DNA from: Tubulanus polymorphus
Lineage: Eukaryota; Animalia; Nemertea
Assembly (NCBI RefSeq): GCF_964204645.1
Contig: NC_134032.1
Span: 1,178,001 to 1,242,000 of the forward strand
Length of the DNA: 64,000 bases
Direction: 5' to 3'
Both the position numbers and the translations under genes were made by a program. Every line of letters starts with the position of its first letter. Positions within the stretch are counted from its first letter, which is position 1. Of this stretch, positions 15,188 to 28,164 are shown piece by piece. A model generated the notes under the pieces. The model had not been told where the DNA came from. It searched no databases and saw nothing but the letters and a program-made list of their open reading frames with translations.

Positions 15188-15840
15188 TTCACCCGGTCCT
15201 GAGAATGGCCGGTTCGCGGAGCTCCGTATACTGCCTATACCAAAGAGCTCGCGTGAACCACCCACCCAGTCACGTAGTCGTTATTTTACGTCGAAATTGC
15301 CGACTGGGGCTCAGTCGGCACTTTAACCACTCGGTACTCGGCAACTACTCATCCGATTTCAATAAATAAACTACCTACACTGACCTGATGTTGTTATCTT
15401 TTCATTGTTAACACTCCAAAGAATATATTTGAAGTTCAAGTGGCTGGAAATTGCCTCTATAAATATTTTAGTACCGCTTTTGTTTTACTAAAAAACGGTT
15501 CCTCGCGAGACTCACCCGCATGAAAAAATCAATATCTTAGCAACACAACAATAGATACCGCTTTGCGCGACTCGTGGATATTTGACAAGTCATGAAAAAT
15601 CGTTTCATACACAAAATACGATGACAAAATGACTAAATAAACACAACAGTAAGAACAAGAAAGATCAGAGGTTTGCAATGATGGTTTATTTTTTGAAATC
15701 GGATGAATGAGAGCTGAGTAGTGATGATATAATTAGAGTTGAATTAAAAAGAATTTAAAATCACCGCGTATATGGCTTCCGCGACTTAGTGTCAGGGGTC
15801 GCGTTAGCGGTATACCACTGACACTAAGGTTCTCAGTGAA
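15188..15840. mobile_element. 653-bp unclassified insertion with 8-bp TSD CAGCGGAG
   Basis: TSDs at 15180-15187 and 15841-15848; termini TTCAC...GTGAA. The insertion is absent from the paralogous sites at ~27090 and ~28425. Confidence 0.85.
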
Positions 15841-15972
15841 CAGCGGAGGTTCGTGAAAATAATAATCTGTTAATCCAGCAAACAAGTGCTGAAGACTGCT
15901 GATTACTTTTGCTTAAGCCTTTACCATGTCTTAGAGTAATCGTAGGTTTTGCTTCCCTTATCAACCAGTCCC

Positions 15973-16590
15973 TCAACCTCTCACCCCATCCTCCCTCAAC
16001 CTCTCACCCCATCCTCCCCAACCTCTCACCCCATCCTCCCTCAACCTCTCACCCCATCCTCCCCCAACCTCTCACCCCATCCTCCCCCAACCTCTCACCC
16101 CATCCTCCCCCAACCTCTCACCCCATCCTCCCTCAACCTCTCACCCCATCCTCCCTCAACCTCTCACCCCATCCTCCCTCAACCTCTCACCCCATCCTCC
16201 CTCAACCTCTCACCCCATCCTCCCTCAACCTCTCACCCCATCCTCCCCCAACCTCTCACCCCATCCTCCCCCAACCTCTCACCCCATCCTCCCTCAACCT
16301 CTCGCCCCATCCTCTCACCCCATCCTCCCCCAACTTCTCACCCCATCCCCCAACCTCTCACCCCATCCTCCCGCAACCTCTCACCCCATCCTCCCCCAAC
16401 CTCTCACCCCATTCTCCCTCAACCTCTCGCCCCATCCTCTCACCCCATCCTCCCCCAACCTCTCACCCCATCCTCCCCCAACCTCTCACCCCATCCTCCC
16501 TCAACCTCTCGCCCCATCCTCTCACCCCATCCTCCCCCAATTTCTCACCCCATCCCCCCAACCTCTCACCCCATCCTCCCGCAACCTCTC
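15973..16590 (+). repeat. ~22-bp C-rich minisatellite CAACCTCTCACCCCATCCTCCC
   Basis: About 28-30 tandem units. Confidence 0.95.
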
Positions 16591-16713
16591 AGTCAGTTTC
16601 CTTGTTAATGTGATTTCAATTTTATATTTCAGGATCGTGGGTAAACTTCATCATGAATACTGGATGTGGACTTCAACTGAAATTCATCAGTTTAACTTCT
16701 TCAGTCAACCTCT

Positions 16714-16870
16714 GGACTTACCGGACTACTAGTGAACTAACCGGACTACACGTGAACTTACCGGACAACATGTGAACTAACCGGACTACTAGTGAACTAA
16801 CCGGACTACTAGTGAACTAACCGGACTACTAGTGAACTAACCGGACTATACGTGAACTAACTGGACTATA
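16714..16870 (+). repeat. 20-bp minisatellite CCGGACTACTAGTGAACTAA
   Basis: About 8 units; the inverted copy at 25668-26062 has ~20 units and the third copy at 28708-28810 has ~5. Confidence 0.9.
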
Positions 16871-18254
16871 AGTGGATTGATACTCCTGAAAAACAGTCAG
16901 TGGTGGACACCTGGAGATGTGGAACTCTGTATGTGGAATTGTGGAATTCAGCGAACTATTATTACTGCTAGTGTGAGTAGAATTTCAGTCTCAAGTCTCA
17001 GAAACAATTATGAGAGAACAGTTTATCTGTAAACATAGTGTTTACTGCATTTCATAAGAATTGTCAGTGGAGTTATTTGTAGCCGCTTGTAATAGAATTA
17101 TGATTCGTGGTTTTAGTAACAGCATCAAATTTTACCTAAAAATGAATTGAATTCTTGGCTCAATAGATGAAAAATTGTATTTTTGGACCAAATTTTATCA
17201 AAATTTGTGACGAAAATTAGGGTCAAAACACAAAATCGTGAATATCTAATTTTAGGGGCCTCAGATCCAAAAACTAACTTCATATTCGTGATCAGCACCC
17301 CAAAAACCATGGCTGTACCAAATTTTATTAAAATTGGGCCAAAAAAAAATTTTGACTTTGTACCCCATTTTTGGGGTGCATATTTTGGGCATTAAAACCC
17401 TTATTTGCCAATGAAGATGAATTCCGATTCAAAATCTGGTTGCATATCCGGAATCTACACCTCGGAATACATCTTCCCACCAAGTTTCGAAGGAATCAGA
17501 GAAAAAAAATTTTTCGCCGAAAAAAAACTCCTGGACCTTAGATTTTTGCCGTTTTTGGCCAAAAAATCGAATCTCATCGATTTTCTTTAAATTTTAGTCC
17601 ATACTATTTTCAGGGGTGCTGATTCCAAATCTGCAATCAGATTTCGAATATCTTGAAAATTCTGGGGTCCAAGGCCTTTTGAAAATTTAGGGGTCCCCCC
17701 AAAAATTCGAATTTCTCATTTTTGGGACCTCGGATCCGAAAAATTCTTTCAGATTTGTGATCAGCACCGCAGAATACATGTCTGTACTAAATTTCATCGA
17801 AATCGGAGACAAAAAATATTTGACCCCTGACCCTCATTTTGGGGTTACCTTAGATTGCCATTTTTCTGATACACCGGTAACTAGACTTAACTCTAACTCT
17901 GTATGTTTGATTGATGGCCTTAAATCTATTAAGTTTCATGTATATTTTTAGGATGTTTGTCATCAATATGGTGGAACTATTGACGTTTGTGTTTGATGAT
18001 CAGGACTACATCAGATGAACTGGATAAATACGTGTGGCCAGCGTTAGAACTCACCGGGAGGATAAACAAACAAACGAACACATATTGGGAGAACTTGACT
18101 TCAGTTATAGTGAACTTTATGTCCACGAGGACGAAATAATAACATTGCTGCTGATGGGATAAATATCTGTTTGAACTAAAAACTGTAAAACTGCTGACAG
18201 CATCCTAGATAGAAAACAAGAGGAACATAGAAGTGCAGGTGATATGCCGTCTTA

Positions 18255-18820
18255 TCTATCTCTTTCTCTCATTCTCATCTCTCACTCTCTCACTCTCTCA
18301 TTCTCATCTCTCACTCTCTCATTCTCATCTCACTATATTCATTCTCATCTCTCCTTACTCTCTCCTCACTCTCTCATTCTCATCTCACTAGTCTCATCTC
18401 TCCTTACTCTCTCATTCTCATCTCACTAGTCTCATCTCTCCTTACTCTCTCATTCTCATCTCACTAGTCTCATCTCTCCTTACTCTCTCATTCTCATCTC
18501 ACTAGTCTCATCTCTCCTCACTCTCTCATTCTCATCTCACTAGTCTCATCTCTCCTCACTCTCTCATTCTCATCTCACTAGTCTCATCTCTCCTCACTCT
18601 CTCATTCTCATCTCACTAGTCTCATCTCTCCTTACTCTCATCTCTCCTCACTCTCTCATTCTCATCTCACTAGTCTCATCTCTCCTCACTCTCTCATTCT
18701 CATCTCACTAGTCTCATCTCTCCTTACTCTCATCTCTCCTCACTCTCTCCTTCTCATCTCACTAGTCTCATCTCTCCTTACTCTCTCATTCTCATCTCAC
18801 TAGTCTCATCTCTCCTTACA
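18255..18820 (+). repeat. Pyrimidine-rich minisatellite (CTCATTCTCATCTCACTAGTCTCATCTCTCC..)
   Basis: Tandem ~39-bp units. Confidence 0.92.
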
Positions 18821-18938
18821 TCTACCGGGTCGTGATAGGAACTAGTTCCTGTCTCGCCCGGTAGATGGCATTATTTTTTTTGATAAAATTTGCTTAAGCA
18901 ATGGATAAATAGGAGTTCCTCTGTGTGCTGTCAGTACG

Positions 18939-19003
18939 TCCCCTATAGCGTAGTGGGTAGGGTGCTGGGCTGCTAGTCGAATGGTTGGTGGTTCAAATCC
19001 CAT
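18939..19003 (+). mobile_element. tRNA-like SINE head remnant
   Basis: A-box TAGCGTAGTGG and B-box GGTTCAAATCC at tRNA spacing; no 3' acceptor strand. Confidence 0.4.
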
Positions 19004-19340
19004 AATAATAAAATGATAATTGATAATTGAGGTGAATTTTATTTTATTTTGATGTTTCAATAAAATGTTGAATTTTACTTTTGAATTTGGAATAAATGCT
19101 TTGATTTGTACTTTGCGTTTGTCCTTTCCTTTTTGACTTTGTCCTTTCCTTGAACGTGAGAAGTTGTAAGCGGAAGAGTCCTTTCCGGAGCAGTGTCGAA
19201 TATGAAGTTGTGAGGGGAAGAGTCCTTTCCGGGGCAAAGTGCCCGAGACAGAGAGATTCTTAGTAAAGACGAGCATTTTATGTAGATGGACGTTTATTTA
19301 TTTACGTTACTTTATAACATGCGGCAAAACGAAATAATGA

Positions 19341-19635
19341 CGGAGTAGAGTCTGCGTCTCGAGGTTTGGAGATGGTTCTGTAGTCGGAGTAGAGTCTGCA
19401 TCTCGAGGTTTGAAGATGGTGCCGTAGTCGGAGTAGAGTCTGCATCTCGAGGTTTGGAGATGGTTCTGTAGTCGGAGTAGAGTCTGCATCTCGAGGTTTG
19501 AAGATGGTGCCGTAGTCGGAGTAGAGTCTGCGTCTCGAGGTTTGAAGATGGTGCCGTAGTCGGGAGTAGAGTCTGCGTCTCGAGGTTTGAAGATGGTGCC
19601 GTAGTCGGAGTAGAGTCTGCGTCTCGAGGTTTGAA
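19341..19635 (+). repeat. 44-45-bp minisatellite CGGAGTAGAGTCTGC(A/G)TCTCGAGGTTTG...
   Basis: About 6.5 tandem units. Confidence 0.93.
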
Positions 19636-19779
19636 GTTGCTGTTACTCAAATATTGCCGGCTGAAAAAGAAATCGGATGAATTGGAAAACGATTCCTGAT
19701 GGGTGTAGTTTAATATAGTTACCTTATCTTAGTGTAAAGATACCGAAACAGCAAAATGTGGGTTGATGCGGTTCCCAAT

Positions 19780-19860
<81 letters not shown>
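19780..19860 (+). repeat. (CAG)n trinucleotide tract (~27 units); a second, shorter tract at ~20203-20245
   Basis: Pure CAG run. Confidence 0.95.
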
Positions 19861-19861
<1 letters not shown>

Positions 19862-20203
19862 ACGAGTCGTGTACATGTAGTTGTAGTAGCAAACTGGTTT
19901 CGGTTTAACCCTAAAAAGACACAATATTCATAATGTATAAAATTGCGACTAATATAAATCTTTGATAACCGAACTAGAATTTGAAACTAAAAACCTTTAA
20001 CTTCAAAATGCAATTTCGATTCAAATTAAGCCGAATTGGGTTCAACAATCAAAACGCGATAATTTTCGAAAGATTCGATTCCGAGTTTTGAATTCTATAT
20101 GAAATTTCTAACCTGATCAAAATGTGTGTAACTTGAAATAGAACATCGGAAATCGGCAACAACAGCAACTCGTCCTCATCAGCAAGTGAGTATCCGACAT
20201 TAA

Positions 20204-20246
<43 letters not shown>

Positions 20247-21329
20247 TCGGGATCTCCTCCGCAATCGTCAGCACCAACAGCCGCCAGTCTCATCTTGCGT
20301 TCTCAATCGCTAGGCGTCACAAATTCCTTCACGTTCCAGTCTCTCCTAACATCATCAGCCGCTAATTAGTAGGTTGTTCGCTTGAAGCCACACGTTCTTC
20401 ACGCCTTGTTGCAGAGCTCTTATAGGTTGACCTTCATCACTGGACATCGGTTCTCCGACTGGCATCGGGAGGCTCGAACCGCGCTTCTAATACCTACGTC
20501 GACCAATCAGCGACGGTGCATCATCGAGGCGACCGGAATGGGTCAATCAGAGAGCTCGATCGCGCATTCCTGTGACAGAACCGAGTCCGTGACGCTAATC
20601 CTCAAGAACCATTCAATTCGTGCCAAACATTTTCAATGGGGCCTACAGGTCATCGAGTTTAATTCGACTATTCATAGAGACACATATTGTTAAAGATAGA
20701 AATATCGAATGCTACGATTTTAGCCTAAAATTGTATGCTGAAATTTTATCTAAACTATCCAACAAACTTTAGTGTAGATTTCCCTTCTATCTCCGTCTGG
20801 TTTTGAACTATAATACCGGCTCAGTTTTACTATTTTCGAGTTCTGCTTTAGGATATTGAAGTTTGCTTAAGGGTTTGTGCAGTGACGCGGCACTATTGTG
20901 TAGTAGAGCGTATGACAGGTCTCCAGACAGTGATTCTCTATTGGATAGAGTCAATTTGAAGCCGAATTTATACACACGTTCACCAGACATTGCCGCGTGC
21001 ACATCTACTCTGACTGGAATTTGGTGACGCTAAAAAATCATCGAAATTTTGTCATCAGTCGAGAAAGACCTGTGATTGATCATCGTCCGCGTTGCATGCA
21101 GATACCACCGAATTCTCGCTTGGATTTCTTCAGTTCGAGGAATTAAATAAATATAAAAATTTCCCAAACCCTCACAACTAAACTTAAAATAACAAACTAA
21201 AATTGTAAAAAAGTCGAAGGTCCCTGGGGGAATTACTCCGCTGCCGGGACCGGTATTGTGGGATAAATAAATAATTCAGCCAGAAACGACTGAATTAAAC
21301 ATAATTTACCCCACACCAGTTATTTTGTA

Positions 21330-21492
21330 GGACTCACGCATTAGCAACCTCATTCCAGGGAGGACAGTACTCTCGACTCGCCCGCTTACCGGAGATCATT
21401 TGCCACATCCTGACCCGCCTCCTCCGAGACTCGAACCCGGGCCACAGCGGTGACACGCAAGTCGCCGACCGACTACGCCATCCGGTCCGCCC
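21330..21492 (-). mobile_element. tRNA-derived SINE
   Basis: Minus strand reads GGCGGACCGGATGGCGTAGTCGG (A-box)..CACCGCTGTGGCCCGGGTTCGAGTCTC (B-box). Confidence 0.55.
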
Positions 21493-22084
21493 GATTTTGA
21501 CAGGAAAACATTCGAACATATTCGACTGCCATTCGAACATTCGGATAAAAGACATGACGTCACAATGGTCAACGCCGTGACGATGTCGACTCGGACTGAA
21601 ATCGCCAGTTTCTGACCAATCTTAGATATCGCAGCTAGTACCACAGCACTATAAATTTCTGTGAATTCATTCAATGCTTTTTTGAAGAAAAAAAAACATT
21701 CCCATCTAGACGATAAATATAATTCATATCTAATTTAAACACGAACCGAAATCAAGCGATTTTTAAACTGATTTTCGTATTTCTTGTCAAAGGTAAGTCG
21801 GGGTTATCTGGGTTTCCCGATGACCTAATTAGAAACCCGGAAGGGGATTCCGTCACCAGTAAATCCGACTACTATTGACGAGCTTCGCGCGATACTTACA
21901 GGAGGTTCATTTTTACAGGCGAGAAATCAAACACTTCATCAAACTCTATTACAAACATTTCAATCATTCAATTTCAAACTCACGTCATTTATCTAGCTAT
22001 CTGTACACAAAACCGCGTTCGGGCGACTTGAATACGTGTGATTTAATCGTACACTGTACCGATATTTAAAAAAAAACTTAACTT

Positions 22085-22301
22085 AGGCCAAAAAAAATTG
22101 ATACCTTGTTTCTCCGCTCTGCTGAGCTTAAATGTTGACCCGGCCGGCCGCCTATCTACCCTATACATTAATTTTTTTTAAAGTGTGATCAATTTCACCA
22201 GACCCGGCCGCTATAGAAATGAACTGTTTATAAATTTTATCATATTTTACAAAAATGACCCGGCCGCTGCGGAGAAACAAGGTATCATTTTTGTTTAGCC
22301 T
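22085..22301. mobile_element. MITE family D (AGGC(C/T)AAA..GATACCTTGTTTCTCCGC TIRs, Kolobok-like)
   Basis: ~30-bp TIRs next to TTA(A); copies at 49132-49354 and 54183-54354. Confidence 0.78.
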
Positions 22302-22522
22302 TAACAAACAATTAGAATTTATTCATTTCGTCGAAAAGTTTCTCACATGGTTGTCATTAGTTTGCCCAGAATAAACGACGCATCCTCGTGAAATAGTGAC
22401 GATATTAATACTATATCTCATATGATATCGAACTACGTTTGGGGTGACTGACCTACGCGGGGGGTCGGGGGTATGGTGCAATGAATTCGATTTTCAGTGT
22501 TTTATAACTACAGTTTAAAGAT

Positions 22523-23441
22523 AACATAATACTCGCTTGCCAGAGTCTTCGAACGACCGTAGTGGACGAACTAATTACCGATTTGCGGGCCTGATTCCGA
22601 GGAAAATTCTCAAACTCTGAAAACTGCTCAGACACTATTGAACCAAACCATTTTTCTATAAGAGAATAAGCATTAAAAGAGCAAATATGAATCGGGATAT
22701 TTCTAGTATCGTCTGGCAGAGAGCGACAGGTGTTTTTATGTACCAATTATTTGCGCGCAATTAAAATAATATCGAAGGAAAAATATGGAAAGTTGTCAAT
22801 GAAGATGATAAATGATCATTCAAAAATGTAAATGAATAATTCATCCTGTATATAATACTAATCAATTGTTAAGTAAGTGAATATCGTTACCTGAAAAAAT
22901 AAGGTAACAACATCAAAAATTCAGAACGTATTCATAATATCATATTTAATCAGAATTAGACGACAGGTCTGTATTCTAAGTAATAAGGAAATTGTATTTT
23001 AGTTCACAGAAATCCCGCCATCGTTATTCATAGGGGCAGCACTGTACGGTTGACATCACACCAAGCCTCGCTATCTTACTGTGGCATGCGAGTAACACAG
23101 ATATTTTTTTAGCCAAATTTTGCTCATTATTTAACACGATTTCGTTGTATATGAATAATTATATCTTCTTCTAAGCTCTATTCAAGAGGATCTTATTCTT
23201 ATAATGATTTTCAAGCTATTTTTCATAGAACTCATTTGTCGGCGGAAGGTTTTAGCATCCGGTTAAGCGGTAGGCTCACATGCCACAGAAAGAATTTCAA
23301 GCAAATTAAATTTTATTTTCCAAAGTAGTGCATTAATCCAAAGTTACTATCAACGTTGCAGCACATGAACGCTTAAACATCCTATTTAGGTCGACCATTC
23401 TTCGTCAGGGATACAATCAAACTCTCTCTTATGAAACCAAC
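22523..23441 (-). repeat. Inverted copy of 13745-14710
   Basis: Continuous reverse-complement similarity, including the flank outside the TIR element. Confidence 0.85.
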
Positions 23442-24759
23442 CGCAAATTGACGACTTGAACCTCGTTAATACGACTTCATCTGTGTAAAGACGAAACCAG
23501 TTTGATTCAACAATTGCACTATCCCACAAGATTGTTATTAACGAGATTCCACTTAAACTAGAACAGAAAATCAGTTACAACTACCACAAAATTAGTGAAT
23601 AATTAATTCATTGTGAATTATGCATTTATTTCAGTGAAAAATGTGCATCAGAGTTAAATATCAAACTTAAGTCTTGAATAAAGCGAACATGTGATCAACT
23701 CCGCAATGAACTGACTGAACTAACCCAGGAATCGAAACCTGAAATCAGATTTACAATATCAGACATCAGATTTACAATATCAGACATCAGATTTATGACG
23801 CATCAGTATCACACATGTTGTTTCTGGTGCGTTATGTTATTACAGTACAGTAGAGTCTGTTCCTAACTCGAATCAATGTGATACCAGTGATTTTCCATTG
23901 ACTGATGATTTAATTTCCGTGGTCGAGAATTAAACATACCGTAAACCTAGCAATCTAACTCAGAAATGTCTAAAAACTCCTGCACTTTTGTCGAATTCAG
24001 ATAGAAATGAAATCATTTTCTGACTTTCTAACGGAATTTTCTGATCCTCAACTCAGATTTTTGCTTAGCAAGTATAAATTTAGCCAGTCTCAGTTTGAGT
24101 TAGACAAGGTTTACTGTTTTTGAGTTAAAAGCCGACAGCAATTTGCACCGTCGTGGAGAAATAAAATTTGAAATTAAATTTCCTTCCAAAATATGGAGTG
24201 AGTGATGTTTTAGGAGTGTTTTCAATCTAGAGAAATTGAGACTTACCTTAAACGGAAAGAATTGATCGTCAAAGTTTCCTAAACCTTATGAGCCGTGTTT
24301 ATTTCTACCCCACACGTACAGATCATTGTTATCTACAATATAATAACATTGCAAACATTGTAACATCATTCTAGATACTAGGCTAGGGATTGATAGAGAT
24401 AGGGAATAGGGTTTAGGGATAGAGGGAGCAGGGCCAGGGAGTTTCAGAGTTACTAGGCATAAGAATAGAAATAGCGTGTTTCAGAAATCCTCAGAAATGT
24501 CTCAAGCCTCCATTGCCTACCTATTGATAACTATTAAAATAAGACATCAATTTCTAGCATTTCTTCCATAAGTCACGGCTCTACTTGGTTCATCTGGGTT
24601 CATCCTGGTTCATCTTGGTTTATCTGGGTTCATCCTGGTTCGTCTTGGTTCGTCTTGGTTCATCTTGGTCAATCTGCTTCACTGCATCAATGTCTGTAGT
24701 GTTCAAATCAATTATCTACTGATTGTAGGTAAAGGGGGAATCACCACCATAAGATCAGT

Positions 24760-27700
24760 CAATAGTTCCACCATATTGATGACAAACGTCCTAGAAAATA
24801 TACATGAAACAAGATTTGAGTTAGAGTTAGACATACAAAGTTAGAGTTAAGTCTGGTTACCGGTGTATCAGAGAAATGGCAATCTAAGGTACCCCCAAAA
24901 TCGAGGGTCAGGGGTCAAATATGTTTTGTCTCTGATTGCAATGAAATTCAGTGTAGACATGTTTTTGGGGTGCCGATCACAAATCTGAAAGAATTTTTAG
25001 GATCCGAGGTCTCAGAAATGAGAAATTCGAATTTTTGGGGGACCCCTTCAATTTTCAAAAGGCTTTGGACCCTAGAGTTTAAGTGCTATTCAAAATTTGA
25101 TTGCAGATTTGGATTCAGCATCCCGAAAATATAGGCCTAAAGGACTAAAACAAAAATTAAGCAAATCAAAGTGATTCAATTTTTGGCCCAATTTTAATAA
25201 AATTTGGTACAGCCATGGTTCTTGGGGTGCTGATCACCAATATGAAGTTAGTTTTTAGATCTGAGGCCTCTAAAATTAGATATTCAGGATTTTGTGTTTT
25301 GACGCTTATTTTCGTCACAAATTTTGATAAAATTTGGTCCAAAAATACAATTTTTCATCTATTGAGCCAAGTATTCAATAAATTTTTAGGTAAAAATTGA
25401 TGTTCTTACTAAAACCACGAATTATAATTCCTGCAACACAATTACAGAGGCTGCTACAAATAACTCCACTGACAATTCTTATGAAATGCACTTAACACTA
25501 TGTTTACAGATAAACTGTTCTCTCATAATTGTTTCTGAGACTTGAGACTGAAATTCTACTCACACTAGCAGTAATAATAGTTCGCTGAGTTCCACAATTC
25601 CACATACAAAGTTCCACATCTCCAGGAGTCCACCACTGACTGTTTTTCACGAGTATCAATCCACTTATAGTCCAGTTAGTTCACGTATAGTCCGGTTAGT
25701 TCACTAGTAGTCCGGTTAGTTCAAATATAGTCTGGTTAGTCCACTAGTAGTCCAGTTAATTCACGTATAGTCCGGTAAGTTCACGTATAGTCCGGTTAGT
25801 TCACTAGTAGTCCGGTTAGTTCAAATATAGTCTGGTTAGTCCACTAGTAGTCCAGTTAATTCACGTATAGTCCGGTAAGTTCACGTATAGTCCGGTTAGT
25901 TCACTAGTAGTCCGGTTAGTTCAAATATAGTCTGGTTAGTCCACTAGTAGTCCAGTTAATTCACGTATAGTCCGGTAAGTTCACTAGTAGTCCGGTTAGT
26001 TCACATGTTGTCCGGTAAGTTCATGTATAGTCCGGTTAGTTCACTAGTAGTCCGGTAAGTCCAGAAGTTGACTGAAGAAGTTAAACTGATGAATTTCAGT
26101 TGAAGTCCACGTCCAGTATTCATGATGAAGTTTACCCACGATCCTGAAAGGAAAACCTGAAATATAAAATTGAAATCAGATTAACAAGGAAACTGACTGA
26201 GAGGTTGCGGGAGGATGGGGTGAGAGGTTGCGGGAGGATGGGGTGAGAGGTTGCAGGAGGATGGGGTGAGAGGTTGCAGGAGGATGGGGTGAGAGGTTGC
26301 GGGAGGATGGGGTGAGAGGTTGCGGGAGGATGGGGTGAGAGGTTGCGGGAGGATGGGGTGAGAGGTTGGGGGAGGATGGGGTGAGAGGTTGGGGGAGGAT
26401 GGGGTGAGAGGTTGAGGATGGGGTGAGAGGTTGGGGAGGATGGGGTGAGAGGATGGGGCGAGAGGTTGGGGAGGATGGGGTGAGAGGTTGGGGGAGGATG
26501 GGGTGAGAGGTTGAGGGAGGATGGGGTGAGAGGTTGGGGATGATGGGGTGAGAGGTTGAGGGAGGATGGGGTGAGAGGTTGCGGGAGGATGGGGTGAGAG
26601 GTTGGGGGAGGATGGGGTGAGAGGTTGGGGGAGGATGGGGTGAGAGGTTGAGGATGGGGTGAGAGGTTGGGGAGGATGGGGTGAGAGGTTGGGGGAGGAT
26701 GGGGTGAGAGGTTGGGGGAGGATGGGGTGAGAGGTTGAGGGAGGATGGGGTGAGAGGTTGGGGATGATGGGGTGAGAGGTTGAGGGAGGATGGGGTGAGA
26801 GGTTGAGGGAGGATGGGGTGAGAGGTTGGGGGAGGATGGGGTGAGAGGTTGGGGGAGGATGGGGTGAGAGGTTGGGGGAGGATGGGGTGAGAGGTTGAGG
26901 GAGGATGGGGTGAGAGGTTGGGGAGGATGGGGTGAGAGGTTGAGGGAGGATGGGGTGAGAGGTTGAGGGACTGGTTGATAAGGGAAGCAAAACCTACGAT
27001 TACTCTAAGACATGGTAAAGGCTTAAGCAAAAGTAATCAGCAGTCTTCAGCACTTGTTTGCTGGATTAACAGATTATTATTTTCACGCACCTCTGCTGAT
27101 ACGAGTTGCTGTGGGACTGGGAGTAAGATCGTGAAACTGGTCAAGCCAGCTGATGATGGTAACCTGCTAGCATGGCCTAGTGAAAGTGGTTATTGATATC
27201 GAGTGAGGTTCCAGTGTCTGTGGTGAGGTCACTGAGTGAGGCCCCCTGTGTCTGCGAGTTCACTGCGTGAGGTCCCCCTTGTGTCCCTGGAAGACATGAA
27301 ATCTCATGAATTATTTTACTTACCTATATTAGTGTCAGTAGGTGGTTGTAGGACGTAGTGAAGGTCGGTGGCCACGGCCACAGCAAGGTTAAAAACACTG
27401 AGGTTCCTGAGGTGTTTTTGAGGACAAGAATTCTCACGAATTCTTACCGAGAGAATAGTTTCATTGTAAATAAAGAATTAGCGATTGAATTGAGTGCGCG
27501 ATTACCATGCCGGCCGTCTAGTGCTGCCCCAATGTATAACGATAGCGGGTAAAACGTGAACTAACATAATACTCGCTTGCCAGAGTCTTCGAACGGCCGT
27601 AATGGACGAACTAATTACCGATTTGCGGGCCGGATGGCGAGGAAAGTTCTCAAACTCTTAAAACTGTTCTGAAACGTTTGAACCATGCATTGTTTCTATA

Positions 27701-28033
27701 AGAGAATTAAGCATTAAAAGAGTAAATTTGAATCGGGATATTTCTAGTATCGTCTGGCAGAGAGCGACAGGTGTTTGTATGTTCCGATTATTTGCGCGCA
27801 ATTAAAATAGAAGGAAAATATGGAAAGTTTGTCAATTCAGATGATAAATGATCATTCAAAAATGTAAATGAATAATTCATTCTGTATATAATACTAATTA
27901 ATTGATAAGTAAGTGAATTTTAGCTAAAGAAAAATTGAATATCGTTACCTGGAAAATAAGGAAATATCATCAAAAATTCAGAACGTATTCATAATATCAT
28001 ATTTAATCAGAATTAGACGACAAACTGGTCCGT
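24760..28033 (-). repeat. Right arm of the large inverted segmental duplication
   Basis: Reverse complement of 14239-17985; for example ORF 27358-27552(+) equals ORF 14722-14913(-), and ORF 25215-25400(+) equals ORF 17125-17310(-). Confidence 0.9.
26199..26966 (-). repeat. Same minisatellite in the inverted arm (GGGAGGATGGGGTGAGAGGTTG)
   Basis: About 35 tandem units, G-rich on the + strand. Confidence 0.95.
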
Positions 28034-28164
28034 GGTTTAGTTTCACGATCGGATATTTTCACAAACCACAGCATAAAAAATATGCAGTAGGTCACAGCTT
28101 ATACTGCGCAGTTGGTATCCGATTATAAAAAGGTTACCGCCAACGATTAGGTAACTAACTTAAG

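Larger units (their letters stand above)
14239..17985 (+). repeat. Left arm of a large inverted segmental duplication
   Basis: Matches the reverse complement of ~24760-28033 continuously, apart from indels and repeat-number changes. Confidence 0.9.

Noticed and set aside
15909-16613. Pro/Ser/His-rich ORFs (also 26176-27030)
   Set aside because: They are open in several frames because of the C-rich minisatellite, and the third paralog lacks the array.
19724-20264. Poly-Leu, poly-Ala or poly-Gln ORFs from CAG tracts
   Set aside because: No flanking homology or supported exon chain.
18000-24760. Autonomous transposase or viral genes between the inverted arms
   Set aside because: No long ORF and no DDE, RT, Rep/Hel or integrase motif is visible.
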